From positions 454,530 to 486,529 of the forward strand of contig JBAZYG010000001.1 of the NCBI GenBank assembly GCA_041659445.1: DNA of 32,000 nt, in the 5' to 3' direction. A program made the translations under genes and the position numbers. Of the stretch, positions 1 through 8,998 are shown one piece after another. This stretch comes from Candidatus Saccharimonadota bacterium (GTDB taxonomy: Archaea > Nanobdellota > Nanobdellia > Pacearchaeales > GW2011-AR1). Under the pieces are notes generated by a model. It was not told the DNA's origin and ran no database searches. It saw nothing but the letters and a program-made list of their open reading frames with translations. How positions within the stretch are numbered: the stretch's first letter is position 1; each line of letters begins with the position of its first letter.

Positions 1-842
1 TGTTTGTAAGCCACACCTATAAAATCTAATGCTAACAAAGCAGCAATATCTCTTGTAGGAGTTGTCATGTAAACTGGTCCTGTATAACCCATTTTATACA
101 AATAAGGAAGTAATCCGACGTGGTCCAAGTGTGCGTGACTAATTATAACTGCATCTAATTCATTTATATTAAATTCAGGAATATTAAAAACTGGAAAACG
201 ATCTTTTCCTGAAGAAGCAACATCTATTCCACAATCCATTAAAATTTTTGAAGTTTGCGTTTGCAAAAGCATACAACTTCTTCCAACTTGTCTTGCTCCT
301 CCTAAAAAAGTTAGTCTAACCCAACCATCCATTTTTTCAGGATTCCACTCTTGGTAAATTTTTTTTCCAATTTGGTCTAAAAATTTTCTTCTATGAGAAT
401 TATTTGCATAGAGAACACTTCGAATATTTTCTGTAATTTGTGATTTTATTGCAGGGGATCTTTGAACTTGAGGAGACCACAAAGTTTCTTTTTTCACTTC
501 GTCTAAAATTGAACCTTGTTTTCCAATAACCATTCCTGGTCTTTTTGCTTCAATTGTTACAATACTTCTGTTTGGTTCAAAAATAATTTCTGTAATTTCT
601 GCTTCTTCTGGAATAAGTTCTCTAATTTTTTTCTGAGTTTTTTCTTCACTTAATAAAATTTTTGAATCTGCTCTTAATTCAATTCTTTTTTTAAAATCAT
701 TCACCAATTCTTTTATTTTTCCTTCACCTGTTTTGAAAAAATCCTCGTCAAGTGTGTAAAGAACTATATTTGCTCCTTCAAAATTTGCTTCTTTAACTTT
801 TCCGTGCAATCTGTCAATTATACTTTTTAAGATGTCAACCAT
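1..842 (-). CDS. aCPSF1/FttA-type ribonuclease (KH domains + metallo-beta-lactamase/beta-CASP), N-terminal part; the gene continues beyond the window start
   Basis: My own reverse-strand translation from the ATG at 842-840 gives MVDILKSIIDRLHGKVKEANFEGANIVLYT...RPGMVIGKQGSILDEV (KH GxxG)...LGGARQVGRSCMLLQT...IISHAHLDHVGLLPYLYK (HxHxDH). The ORF is absent from the track because the window edge truncates it. It lies directly downstream of psmB, the pairing conserved in archaea. Confidence 0.9.
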   Translation of the reverse strand, partial: MVDILKSIIDRLHGKVKEANFEGANIVLYTLDEDFFKTGEGKIKELVNDFKKRIELRADSKILLSEEKTQKKIRELIPEEAEITEIIFEPNRSIVTIEAKRPGMVIGKQGSILDEVKKETLWSPQVQRSPAIKSQITENIRSVLYANNSHRRKFLDQIGKKIYQEWNPEKMDGWVRLTFLGGARQVGRSCMLLQTQTSKILMDCGIDVASSGKDRFPVFNIPEFNINELDAVIISHAHLDHVGLLPYLYKMGYTGPVYMTTPTRDIAALLALDFIGVAYK

Positions 843-868
843 TTTAGATTTATTAAATAAACATGAAA

Positions 869-1552
869 TTATTCATCCTTGTAATCAGGTAAAATTCCTT
901 GTGAAACCACTTTTTTAATTCCCTCTTTAGTTATTGTAAAAACATCAATTCCATAACCACTTCCTAAATCTCTTTGTGTTGAAGATTTTAAAGCTTCTTT
1001 TGCTAATTCAATTCCTTCTTTAACTGTTAACCCTTTTTTATATTGTCTTTCTAATAATCCTAAAACATAAGGCATACCGCTTCCAAAATTTGCATCATAA
1101 TCTTCTACTTTATAAATTCCGCCAGCTGGCTCTATAGTATATAATTCTACTGAACCATCTTCATTAAACCCTCCAATCAAATTTCCTACAATATGTGGAA
1201 TCATTGATGGTTGTCTTATTGAAGAGTATAACATAGTAGATAATAATCCTGCGGATTGTTTCACTGTAGGTCTAAACTTTGAACGCAATTCTTTAAGTTT
1301 TAACTCTGCAGGCAATAATTTTGCAACTCTTTGAGCATCAGCAACACTTCCTGTAAAAGATAATAATAAATAATCGTTAATTTGAACTGTTTTTCTAAAA
1401 TTCTTATCCATTACTAAATTTCCTGCAGTAACTTGTCTATCAGAAGCCATTACAACTCCGTCTTTGCAAACAATTCCTAAAATAGTTGTTCCTGTTTTCA
1501 AGATTGATTTTTTTAATTCTTCGTCCATTTTAGATTTATTTTCTATATACAT
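869..1552 (-). CDS. psmB: Proteasome beta subunit with short propeptide
   Basis: ...SILKTG|TTILGIVCKDGVVMASDRQVT shows a propeptide followed by the catalytic Thr1 and the canonical beta-subunit N-terminus. The start is ambiguous: ATG at 1552, or the internal ATG at 1528, which sits in the TAAAATG context common in this window. Confidence 0.93.
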   Translation of the reverse strand: MYIENKSKMDEELKKSILKTGTTILGIVCKDGVVMASDRQVTAGNLVMDKNFRKTVQINDYLLLSFTGSVADAQRVAKLLPAELKLKELRSKFRPTVKQSAGLLSTMLYSSIRQPSMIPHIVGNLIGGFNEDGSVELYTIEPAGGIYKVEDYDANFGSGMPYVLGLLERQYKKGLTVKEGIELAKEALKSSTQRDLGSGYGIDVFTITKEGIKKVVSQGILPDYKDE

Positions 1553-1659
1553 AGAATGATTTGATAATTATAATTTCTTTAAATAAGATTATTTTATAAA
1601 TGTTTTGGTTTGTGGGATTTTTTGGAAGGAAATTAATTATACGGAAATTATTTTAGAGG

Positions 1660-1956
1660 TTATATAGCGTGATGAGTTTCCTTTAGCATTATTTTAAGAC
1701 GCATTAATTGTTTTTGAGATAATTTAGAAACTAATCCTCTATCTTTATTATAAATCTCTCCTGTAAATACATTAACTTTATCCCCATTTTCTTTATCGTG
1801 TCCGTGTGGGGTGCTTGGAAAAGTATCTTTATCATTTAAATTAAATCTCCAAATTCTCCCACTTGTTTTAACTTCATGTAATTTAACCAATATTTTTCCA
1901 TCCAGAGAAATATCATTATCGTCATTAGGGATATAAATTGTAAATTCTTTTTCCAT
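1660..1956 (-). CDS. Hypothetical 98-aa protein
   Basis: ATG-initiated ORF co-oriented between rad50 and psmB, with normal (non-shadow) composition. It contains STPHGHDKENGDKVNVFTGEIY, which I cannot assign to a family. Confidence 0.55.
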   Translation of the reverse strand: MEKEFTIYIPNDDNDISLDGKILVKLHEVKTSGRIWRFNLNDKDTFPSTPHGHDKENGDKVNVFTGEIYNKDRGLVSKLSQKQLMRLKIMLKETHHAI

Positions 1957-2068
1957 TCTAAATCAAAATAAAAATCATTTTTAAATTATTCACTATAAAG
2001 TATATAATTTACTTTCCCTCACATCACCACTAATATTTATTAAACATCCATAGTTAAATATTTTTCTC

Positions 2069-4117
2069 TTAAACAACTCTCTTACTAACTTGGTTTTCTT
2101 TTTTGAATTTAATAACATTTTCAACAAATCCTTCAATTTTTTGTTCATGACTAACTATAATTAATTGCTTTATTTTTAATTGGTCTAAAACTTCACGCAT
2201 TTTGTCTAATTGAGTATCACTAAATCCATCTGTTGGTTCGTCGAGAATTACTAAATCTTTTGTTTTAATTTTGCTCATCAAAGAATTTATAACTTGATTC
2301 AATGCAAGACGATAAGCCAACGCAATGGCTGTTCTTTCTCCGCCTGAAAGGTAAGAATAATCTAATTCATAATCTTGCTGTTCTATTATTGGTGTGAAAT
2401 TCTCGTCCAAACGAACATTAAAATTATCAGAAACAAGCATTGAAAACCATTCTTTTAAGAGATTTGAAAATTCATTTCTCAAAGTAATCATAACATTTTT
2501 TTCAATAAATGAAACCAAAGGAACAAATTTTTTAGAAATCCAATTTTCTAATTCTGTAATATAATCAAGCTGAGACTTTGTTTCTTGAGTTTTTTGAATA
2601 CGTTCTTTAATAAATTCTATTTGTCGTATAGATAATTCAATTTCCTTTTTCAATTCTGCTACTTTTATATCAAATAATCTTTCTTCTCTTAAAGCCTCGC
2701 TGAGTTCATTTATTTTCAACTCATAAATTTTCTCATACTTTGAAAAAGACAAAACAACATTGTTTAATTCTTGTAAATGATTTTCCAAGAAAGAAATATC
2801 TTTTTCAAAATCTATATTCAAATTATTCAATTCTTCTAATCTTATTTTTTTGTCTTTAAGTGATTCTAATCTCATTTTTTGTATTTTTAATTCTGTCAAA
2901 TCTTTTTCTTTTAAATGAGTTTGATAATCTATTTCTCTTATTTTACTGAAAATTTCTTGCTTCTTTAAATTTAATTCTTCTATTTTATTTTTATTTTTAG
3001 AAATATCATTATGAGTTTTATTTAAAACATTTGAACGATAAACAGAATCAACAGTTTGAAGACAAGTTGGACAAACATCTAAATTAGACATTTTTCTATG
3101 AAGAGAGTCTAATTCTTCATTTTTTAAGTTTAAATTTGCTAACTCACCAATAATTTCAACTCTTTCTAAATCTAATTTCTCTTCTGATTTTTTTAATAAT
3201 GAAATTTCTTTTTCTAATTCCATTATTTTTGAATTATCGAATTGAAATTTTTCAAATTCTGCAATTTCTTTTTTAAGGTTTACAATCAATTTCTGATTGT
3301 TATTGAATGAGTCTCTTTTAGACAAAATCATGATTCTTGTTTTTTCAATTTCTCTCGAGAAATTGGATTTTTCTTCTACTTTACTAAAGGTTTCTTCTTT
3401 TTCTTTTTCAATTCTTTTTCTTTTATCTATTCTGAAAGACAATTCTTTTGTCAATCCAACAAGATTAAATTTCATTTGTTCAATTTCTTTTTCTCTTGAA
3501 ATTAAATTTAATTTATCTTCTTCTAAATTAGAAATCATTGCTTCTTTTACTTTTTTTTCTTCTCTTAATTTTAAAGAAACAACTGAAATATTTTCTAAAA
3601 CTTTCTTGTATTTGTCTACTCCAAAAACATGTCTTAAGGTGTTAATTCTTGTTTCAGCGTCTTGCAAAATAATCTGTTTCATTTCTTCTTGAGGAGTATA
3701 AACAGTAAATTTATACAAGAGATTTTGTTTTTTTGCAAATTCCTTTGAATAATCCAACAATTCCAAAATTTTGCTCTTTAATTCTGTAACAGATAATTCT
3801 TTTTTTTCACCGTTAATTGTTATAGAAGCATATTCTTGTGAAATGGATTTTCCTCTTTTAAGTGTTCTCTCGACAGTAATTTCGTTTTCTTCTACTACAA
3901 AATCCATAATTACTCTTCCTTCATTTTTTCCATTTCTTAACAAAAAAGAACCTCTTTGCCCGGGTTGCAATCCAAATAATGCAAATTCAATTGCTAAAAG
4001 AATGGATGTTTTTCCACAACCAATGTCTCCAGATAAAAGAGTTGAACCTTCTGGAAAAACTATTTCTTCGTTTTCATAACTTCTTATATTCTCTAATATT
4101 ACTTTTTTTATTATCAT
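2069..4117 (-). CDS. rad50: Rad50 ATPase (short coiled-coil version, 682 aa)
   Basis: Walker A is GDIGCGKTS. A long K/E/L-rich coiled coil carries a central CPTC zinc hook. Also present are the ABC signature LSGGERTAIALAYRLAL, Walker B LVILDEPTDGF and the H-loop IIVSHE. The start ATG abuts the mre11 stop (TAAATG). Confidence 0.93.
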   Translation of the reverse strand: MIIKKVILENIRSYENEEIVFPEGSTLLSGDIGCGKTSILLAIEFALFGLQPGQRGSFLLRNGKNEGRVIMDFVVEENEITVERTLKRGKSISQEYASITINGEKKELSVTELKSKILELLDYSKEFAKKQNLLYKFTVYTPQEEMKQIILQDAETRINTLRHVFGVDKYKKVLENISVVSLKLREEKKVKEAMISNLEEDKLNLISREKEIEQMKFNLVGLTKELSFRIDKRKRIEKEKEETFSKVEEKSNFSREIEKTRIMILSKRDSFNNNQKLIVNLKKEIAEFEKFQFDNSKIMELEKEISLLKKSEEKLDLERVEIIGELANLNLKNEELDSLHRKMSNLDVCPTCLQTVDSVYRSNVLNKTHNDISKNKNKIEELNLKKQEIFSKIREIDYQTHLKEKDLTELKIQKMRLESLKDKKIRLEELNNLNIDFEKDISFLENHLQELNNVVLSFSKYEKIYELKINELSEALREERLFDIKVAELKKEIELSIRQIEFIKERIQKTQETKSQLDYITELENWISKKFVPLVSFIEKNVMITLRNEFSNLLKEWFSMLVSDNFNVRLDENFTPIIEQQDYELDYSYLSGGERTAIALAYRLALNQVINSLMSKIKTKDLVILDEPTDGFSDTQLDKMREVLDQLKIKQLIIVSHEQKIEGFVENVIKFKKENQVSKRVV

Positions 4118-5278
4118 TTAAAACCCCAATATTTTTTTTGATTCATCAAGCAAACGTAAATTAAAATTTTCAGTTGTTTCTCCTTCTTGTTTTTCTATTG
4201 CTAATGAAGATATTAATTGAAAAATCAAGTCATTAAACTTAGAAGGATTATCCATTGAATAAATATTTACTGTTTGTTCCTCTATTTTGTCATTGTTTTT
4301 TACTTCTATTTCAAGTTTAACTTCTTTTGTTTTTAAATCATGAGTATTTTTCAAAACAAAATAAGCTCCTTTTGATTTTACAAAATCTTCTATTTCTTGA
4401 AAATTTATATCTGAAATTTTTTGATCTTCTAATTCTCCTTCAATTCTTAACAAAACAATTTTATCTTTCAATTCTTTTTTATTTAATTCTTGAATTATTT
4501 GTCCTTTTGCAACAAGTGCATTTTTTATATAAATTGTTATAGGCAATATTTCTTTTATTTTAATTGAAATTTTTTCAAGAGGTTTTGGATTTTCTGTATC
4601 TACAATGTAAAAACTTCCTTGTTTTAATGTTTCTAATTCTGCAAAATTATTCGGAAAAATTGGTCCAGGATAAACAAAATTTTCATATCGAAAATCTATA
4701 TGTAAATGCCCTAAAGCATAATAATCTACTGAAGGAAGTATTTCTGTTTCTAAAGAATCAATTGGCAAAAACCCTTTTGCTTTATCAATTGTTGTGTGTA
4801 ACATAAAAATTTTGAACATTCCAGGAGTGTCGTTTAATTTAATATTTCTTAAATCAGGAATTTCCAAACCAGATTTTTTTCCAGGATATCCATAAATTGC
4901 AATTCCCTCGTGAATTGTTGGATTCAAAACAATTTTTCCTTGAATTTCTTCAAAGTCAAAAACATTTTTACAAAAACCTGCTTTTTCTAAAACATCTAAA
5001 AATGTTTTTCCAGAGACACTATAATCATGACTTCCTGCAATTAAAAAACATGGAATTCTTTCATCTTTTAATCTTTTAAATTGTGCAAAAGTTTCTTTTA
5101 AAATATCAATTGGAGGGTATGCTGAATCAAATAAATCACCTGCAATTAAAATAAAATCAACTTTTTTTTCAATGCAAGTATCTATTGCTTTTGTAAATGC
5201 TTGGAAGTTTATTTCTTGCATTTCTGGCTGTCTCCAACCTCCTAAATGCACGTCTGCTATGTGAGCGAATTTTACCAT
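4118..5278 (-). CDS. mre11: Mre11 nuclease (calcineurin-like phosphoesterase)
   Basis: Phosphoesterase motifs are FAHIADVHLG (I), IAGDLFD (II), IAGSHD (III, normally GNHD), MLHTT (IV) and LGHLH (V). The gene lies immediately upstream of rad50. Confidence 0.9.
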   Translation of the reverse strand: MVKFAHIADVHLGGWRQPEMQEINFQAFTKAIDTCIEKKVDFILIAGDLFDSAYPPIDILKETFAQFKRLKDERIPCFLIAGSHDYSVSGKTFLDVLEKAGFCKNVFDFEEIQGKIVLNPTIHEGIAIYGYPGKKSGLEIPDLRNIKLNDTPGMFKIFMLHTTIDKAKGFLPIDSLETEILPSVDYYALGHLHIDFRYENFVYPGPIFPNNFAELETLKQGSFYIVDTENPKPLEKISIKIKEILPITIYIKNALVAKGQIIQELNKKELKDKIVLLRIEGELEDQKISDINFQEIEDFVKSKGAYFVLKNTHDLKTKEVKLEIEVKNNDKIEEQTVNIYSMDNPSKFNDLIFQLISSLAIEKQEGETTENFNLRLLDESKKILGF

Positions 5279-5345
5279 CTTATTTTTTTAAGTAAAATTC
5301 TTACTACCTAATCGAACAAGTTCTCAGGTGGGCGAATTTTACCAT
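5261..5345 (-). repeat. Direct duplication of the mre11 start region (18 nt, 1 mismatch), creating a 13-codon upstream mini-ORF
   Basis: Plus-strand gtgagcgaattttaccat at 5261-5278 matches gtgggcgaattttaccat at 5328-5345. On the minus strand both read ATGGTAAAATTCGC[T/C]CAC (MVKFAH). The upstream copy continues as MVKFAHLRTCSIR and ends in the tandem stops TAG TAA (ORF with first stop 5304-5345). Confidence 0.8.
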
Positions 5346-5371
5346 TTTGTATTAAAAAAAGAATTTGTTTT

Positions 5372-5382
5372 AAGTATATAAG
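5372..5382 (-). promoter_or_regulatory. Candidate TATA box for the mre11-rad50 transcript
   Basis: The minus strand reads cttatatactt, ending about 27 nt upstream of the decoy ATG at 5345. It resembles the cttataaat boxes of other genes here. No comparable box lies close to the real mre11 ATG. Confidence 0.4.
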
Positions 5383-5437
5383 TATTGTTGGAGTGCGTTA
5401 ATAAATATTTTGATTATTTTTCTTAAGTGCAATAATG

Positions 5438-5447
5438 CTTATAAATA
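5438..5447 (+). promoter_or_regulatory. Candidate TATA box (leaderless transcript of ORF 5467)
   Basis: cttataaata is centred about 25 nt upstream of the ATG at 5467. Confidence 0.45.
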
Positions 5448-5466
5448 CAAAATTTATTGAAAATTC

Positions 5467-6132
5467 ATGCTAAGATTACATGAACTAATAGAAGATGAAA
5501 CATTAAATCCAATTTATGAAATTGTAAATTCTGAAGAATTCTTAGAAAAACAAGAAAATCCAATCATAGAATTTTATGGATTTGAAAATATCTCACCTAA
5601 ATATATCAAAACAAAAATAAAAGAAATTGCTTTTAACCTTAATGATATTAAATTAAGTGATGATAAATATCTATATAACTGGAAATTAAAACAAGAAATA
5701 GAAGAAACAAAACAAGAATTAAATAATTCGAAATTTTGGAATTATCATGCTTTTTGGAAAAGAAGTGGTTGGAAAAAAGATAGAGGGAGTGCTTGGGATG
5801 CATGTTCTTTAATATTAGCTGGTCTGACTTTTGCTCCAGGTGGTGAAATTATATGTCCTTTACTTGCTGGTTTTGCAGAAACATTTAATGAATGGTCAAG
5901 AAGAAGAACTAAAAAAATAAAAACTAAAAAATTAAATTCTCTTGAGGAAATTCAAGATAAATATAATGCTTTTATGGAAAATGTAGAAAATGCAAAAGTA
6001 AAAGAATATATTCCTTCAGATGCTACAAAATTCATAAAAAAAATAAATGAAGAATTAAAAGATAATTCAAATTATTTTAATCTTAACATTGAAAGTGTTA
6101 ATGAGAAATTAAAACAAATTTACAATCCTTGA
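5467..6132 (+). CDS. Hypothetical 221-aa protein with one central hydrophobic segment
   Basis: ORF with its own TATA box. The hydrophobic stretch ACSLILAGLTFAPGGEIICPLLAGFAETF is flanked by K/E-rich helices. No family recognised. Confidence 0.6.
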   Translation: MLRLHELIEDETLNPIYEIVNSEEFLEKQENPIIEFYGFENISPKYIKTKIKEIAFNLNDIKLSDDKYLYNWKLKQEIEETKQELNNSKFWNYHAFWKRSGWKKDRGSAWDACSLILAGLTFAPGGEIICPLLAGFAETFNEWSRRRTKKIKTKKLNSLEEIQDKYNAFMENVENAKVKEYIPSDATKFIKKINEELKDNSNYFNLNIESVNEKLKQIYNP

Positions 6133-6181
6133 AAACCTTTATAACTCTTGTTTTTTTAATAATTTAGTAAATAAAGAGGAC

Positions 6182-7666
6182 ATGAAATATAATATTCTTT
6201 TTGGAGGCCAGGCAGGACAAGGTCCAAATTTTTTAGCTCAAATACTTGGAAAAACTCTAATTGAAAAAGGATTTTATGTATTTTTCTCAAGAGACTATCA
6301 ATCTTTAATAAGAGGGGGACACAATTTTAATGTTTTGACTTTTTCAGACAAACCAGTTTTTAGTAATGAAAGTGAACTAGATTTAATTGTGGCTTTAGAT
6401 AAAAAAACTTTGAATTTTCATCAAAAAAATTTGAAAAAAACTGGAATTATCATTGATGAAAATCCCTCAAATGCAAATTTATCTGGAAAATTATTTAAAA
6501 AATTAGGTCTGGAATTTAAAGATCTTGAAAAACAATTAAAATCTCAAGATAAATTCAAAGAAAATTTGATTGAAGCAAAAAAAGGGTATGAATCTGAAAC
6601 TGAATGGATTAAATTGAAAAACAACGGTAAAAAAAATTTAAATTTTTATAATGGGACACAGGCGATTGCAAAAGGAGCAATAGATTCTGGTTTAGATATT
6701 TATTATGCATATCCTATGACTCCTGCAACACCTTTGCTCGGAGAACTTGCTGAAAAATCAAAAGAGAAAAATATTTTGGTTCTAGAATTGGAAAATGAAA
6801 TTGGAATAATTAATGCTGCAATTGGCTCTTCGATAACTGGTGCGAAATCAATGATTGGAACTTCTGGCGGAGGTTTTGATTTAATGACTGAAGGATTGAG
6901 TTTGACGGGTATTGCTGAAATTCCGTTGGTAATTTATTTATCTCAAAGACCAGGACCTGGAACAGGAGTTGCAACTTACACTGCTCAAGGAGATTTAAAC
7001 ATTGCAAGACACGCAGGACATGGTGAATTTAATCGAATTGTTTTGGCCCCAGGAGATTCTAAAGAGTCTGTTGAATTAACAAATCAATGTTTTTATTTTT
7101 CTCAGAAATTTAAAATTCCAACAATTGTTTTAGGAGACAAACATTTAGCAGAAAGTTATTTTACTTTTGAAAAAAAACCAAAATTAACTTCAGTTTTAAA
7201 ATCAACTGAATTAAAGAGATATAATAGTTATGAAAGTGATTCTGAAGAAAGTTCTACAGAAAACCCAGAAATTATAATTAAAAATGTAAATAAAAGATTA
7301 AAAATAAAAGAAGAAATTGAAAAAGAATCTAAAAATTTTTCAACATACGAGATTCATGGAAACAAAAATTTAAAAAATCTAATTGTTTCTTGGGGTTCAA
7401 CAAAAGGTGCAATTATCGACGCTATTAAAGATTTGAATTGTGGTTTTTTGCAAATAAAATATCTTGAACCTTTTCCAAAAATTGAAAATATGATTCAAGG
7501 AAAAAATTTAATTTTAATTGAAAATAATTCAACAGGACAACTAGGACAATTAATTTCAGAAAAAACAGGGATTTTTATTTCAGACAAAAATAAAATTTTA
7601 AGGTTTGATGGAAGACCTTTTCTTTCAAATGAATTAAAATTAGAAATAAAAAAGAGGATGAGATGA
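6182..7666 (+). CDS. 2-oxoacid:ferredoxin oxidoreductase large subunit (gamma-like domain fused N-terminal to alpha-like domain)
   Basis: The N-terminus ILFGGQAGQG (gamma-type) is followed by GTQAIAKGAIDSGLDIYYAYPMTPATP and GAKSMIGTSGGGFDLMTEGL (alpha-type). Substrate specificity cannot be told from the sequence. Confidence 0.85.
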   Translation: MKYNILFGGQAGQGPNFLAQILGKTLIEKGFYVFFSRDYQSLIRGGHNFNVLTFSDKPVFSNESELDLIVALDKKTLNFHQKNLKKTGIIIDENPSNANLSGKLFKKLGLEFKDLEKQLKSQDKFKENLIEAKKGYESETEWIKLKNNGKKNLNFYNGTQAIAKGAIDSGLDIYYAYPMTPATPLLGELAEKSKEKNILVLELENEIGIINAAIGSSITGAKSMIGTSGGGFDLMTEGLSLTGIAEIPLVIYLSQRPGPGTGVATYTAQGDLNIARHAGHGEFNRIVLAPGDSKESVELTNQCFYFSQKFKIPTIVLGDKHLAESYFTFEKKPKLTSVLKSTELKRYNSYESDSEESSTENPEIIIKNVNKRLKIKEEIEKESKNFSTYEIHGNKNLKNLIVSWGSTKGAIIDAIKDLNCGFLQIKYLEPFPKIENMIQGKNLILIENNSTGQLGQLISEKTGIFISDKNKILRFDGRPFLSNELKLEIKKRMR

Positions 7667-7881
7667 AAATAAATAAAAAAGAAAAAATATTATTTTGGAA
7701 TGCTATTTTAGCAGGAATAATTGGGGGAGTTATAGGTAATTTCTGGGTAGGGTCTTATTTTAATATGGTTTCTCAAAATTATAATTGGATGAGCTTAACA
7801 ACTTTTATCATATTTAGCTTAATCTTCTTAATAACAATAATCTTAGCTTCAAACATAATAAAAAAAATAAATAAAAAATGA
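7663..7881 (+). CDS. 72-aa two-helix membrane protein nested between the OFOR subunit genes
   Basis: Two hydrophobic helices are present (ILFWNAILAGIIGGVIGNFWVGSYF and LTTFIIFSLIFLITIILASNII). The gene has an ATGA overlap with both neighbours (7663-7666 and 7878-7881). It contains no cysteines. Confidence 0.6.
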   Translation: MKINKKEKILFWNAILAGIIGGVIGNFWVGSYFNMVSQNYNWMSLTTFIIFSLIFLITIILASNIIKKINKK

Positions 7882-8726
7882 CAACAACAAATTTATCAAC
7901 AAACGCAGATATAACATGGTGTCCGGGATGTTTTAATTTTCAGATACTTGCAGGTTTTAAAAATTTTCTTGAAAAAGAAATAAAAAAAGGACAGAAAAAA
8001 GAAAATTTTGCAATTGTTTCTGGAATTGGATGTCATGCAAAAATATTTGATTATGTTAATTTAAACGGAATAAATGGATTGCATGGAAGAGTTTTACCGA
8101 CTTGCTTGGGAATTAAAATTGGAAATCCAAACTTAAAAGTTTACGGGTTTTCAGGAGATGGTGACGCATATTCTGAAGGAATTGAACATTTAATTCATGC
8201 AGCAAGATATAATTCTAATTTTACTCTTATTGTTCATAATAATCAAGTTTTTGCTTTAACAGTTGGACAACCAACTCCAACTACAGAAAAAAAATTTTCA
8301 GATAAAACAACTCCTGAAGGAGTAAAACTTTCCCCATTAAATTCAATAAAATTAATGCTTGCAAGTGGTTGCGGTTTTGTTGCAAGAGTTTTTGCTGACG
8401 TAAAACAAATAGAAAAAATTCTCAATGAAGCAAAAAAACATAAAGGATTTAAATTTATAGAAATAATTCAACCTTGCCTGATTTTTCATTCAGACAAAAA
8501 ATACAAAGAAAAAACTTATTTATTAAATAAAAAAAATCACAATTCAAATAATTTTGAACAAGCTATGAAAAAAGCAGAAGAATGGAATTACGACGGAATT
8601 GACTCTAAAACAAAAATTCCTTTAGGAATTTTTTATCAAAAAAAAATGCCAACTTTTGAAGAAAATCATTGGCAATTACAAAATTTAATAAAAAATAACA
8701 AAAGTTGGAAAGAAATTAAAAGATAA
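7878..8726 (+). CDS. 2-oxoacid:ferredoxin oxidoreductase beta (TPP-binding) subunit
   Basis: Motifs are WCPGC, GIGCH, the TPP/Mg motif GDGDAYSEG...NNQVFALT, and QPC. Together these give the four Cys of the single proximal [4Fe-4S] cluster typical of two-subunit OFORs. Confidence 0.9.
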   Translation: MTTTNLSTNADITWCPGCFNFQILAGFKNFLEKEIKKGQKKENFAIVSGIGCHAKIFDYVNLNGINGLHGRVLPTCLGIKIGNPNLKVYGFSGDGDAYSEGIEHLIHAARYNSNFTLIVHNNQVFALTVGQPTPTTEKKFSDKTTPEGVKLSPLNSIKLMLASGCGFVARVFADVKQIEKILNEAKKHKGFKFIEIIQPCLIFHSDKKYKEKTYLLNKKNHNSNNFEQAMKKAEEWNYDGIDSKTKIPLGIFYQKKMPTFEENHWQLQNLIKNNKSWKEIKR

Positions 8727-8954
8727 TTAAAATTTTGAATTAATAAATTCTTTAACTATTTTATTTCTATTTTTTAAAGTATATTCTTTTAATTTTCCAT
8801 TTTCATAAATTAATGCCCACGGAGTAGACAAATCTCCAGAATTATATCTTCTTGTAAGAACAAATTCATAATTTGCAATCTCGTCTTCAAACATCTCACA
8901 AATTTCATTTAAATCTTTATCTAAATTTAAAAGTATTTTATCAATTAATTCCAT
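8727..8954 (-). CDS. Hypothetical 75-aa protein
   Basis: ATG ORF with zero-nt convergent spacing to the OFOR beta stop. No family recognised. Confidence 0.45.
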   Translation of the reverse strand: MELIDKILLNLDKDLNEICEMFEDEIANYEFVLTRRYNSGDLSTPWALIYENGKLKEYTLKNRNKIVKEFINSKF

Positions 8955-8998
8955 ATTAATAAAAAGAGTCTTTTGCTTTTAAAGATTATTATAATTGA

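Noticed and set aside
3297-5079. Six plus-strand ORFs (60-131 aa) inside rad50 and mre11: 3297-3692, 3771-4079, 3979-4164, 4327-4542, 4564-4806 and 4897-5079.
   Set aside because: They are antisense shadows of K/E/N-rich genes. Their translations are F/L/S/I low-complexity with no motifs, and they fully overlap confidently identified genes.
6171-6181. GAGG just upstream of the OFOR alpha ATG as a Shine-Dalgarno site.
   Set aside because: Only 2 nt separate it from the ATG, which is too close for a functional SD. The 3' end of the 16S rRNA is not in the window to test complementarity.
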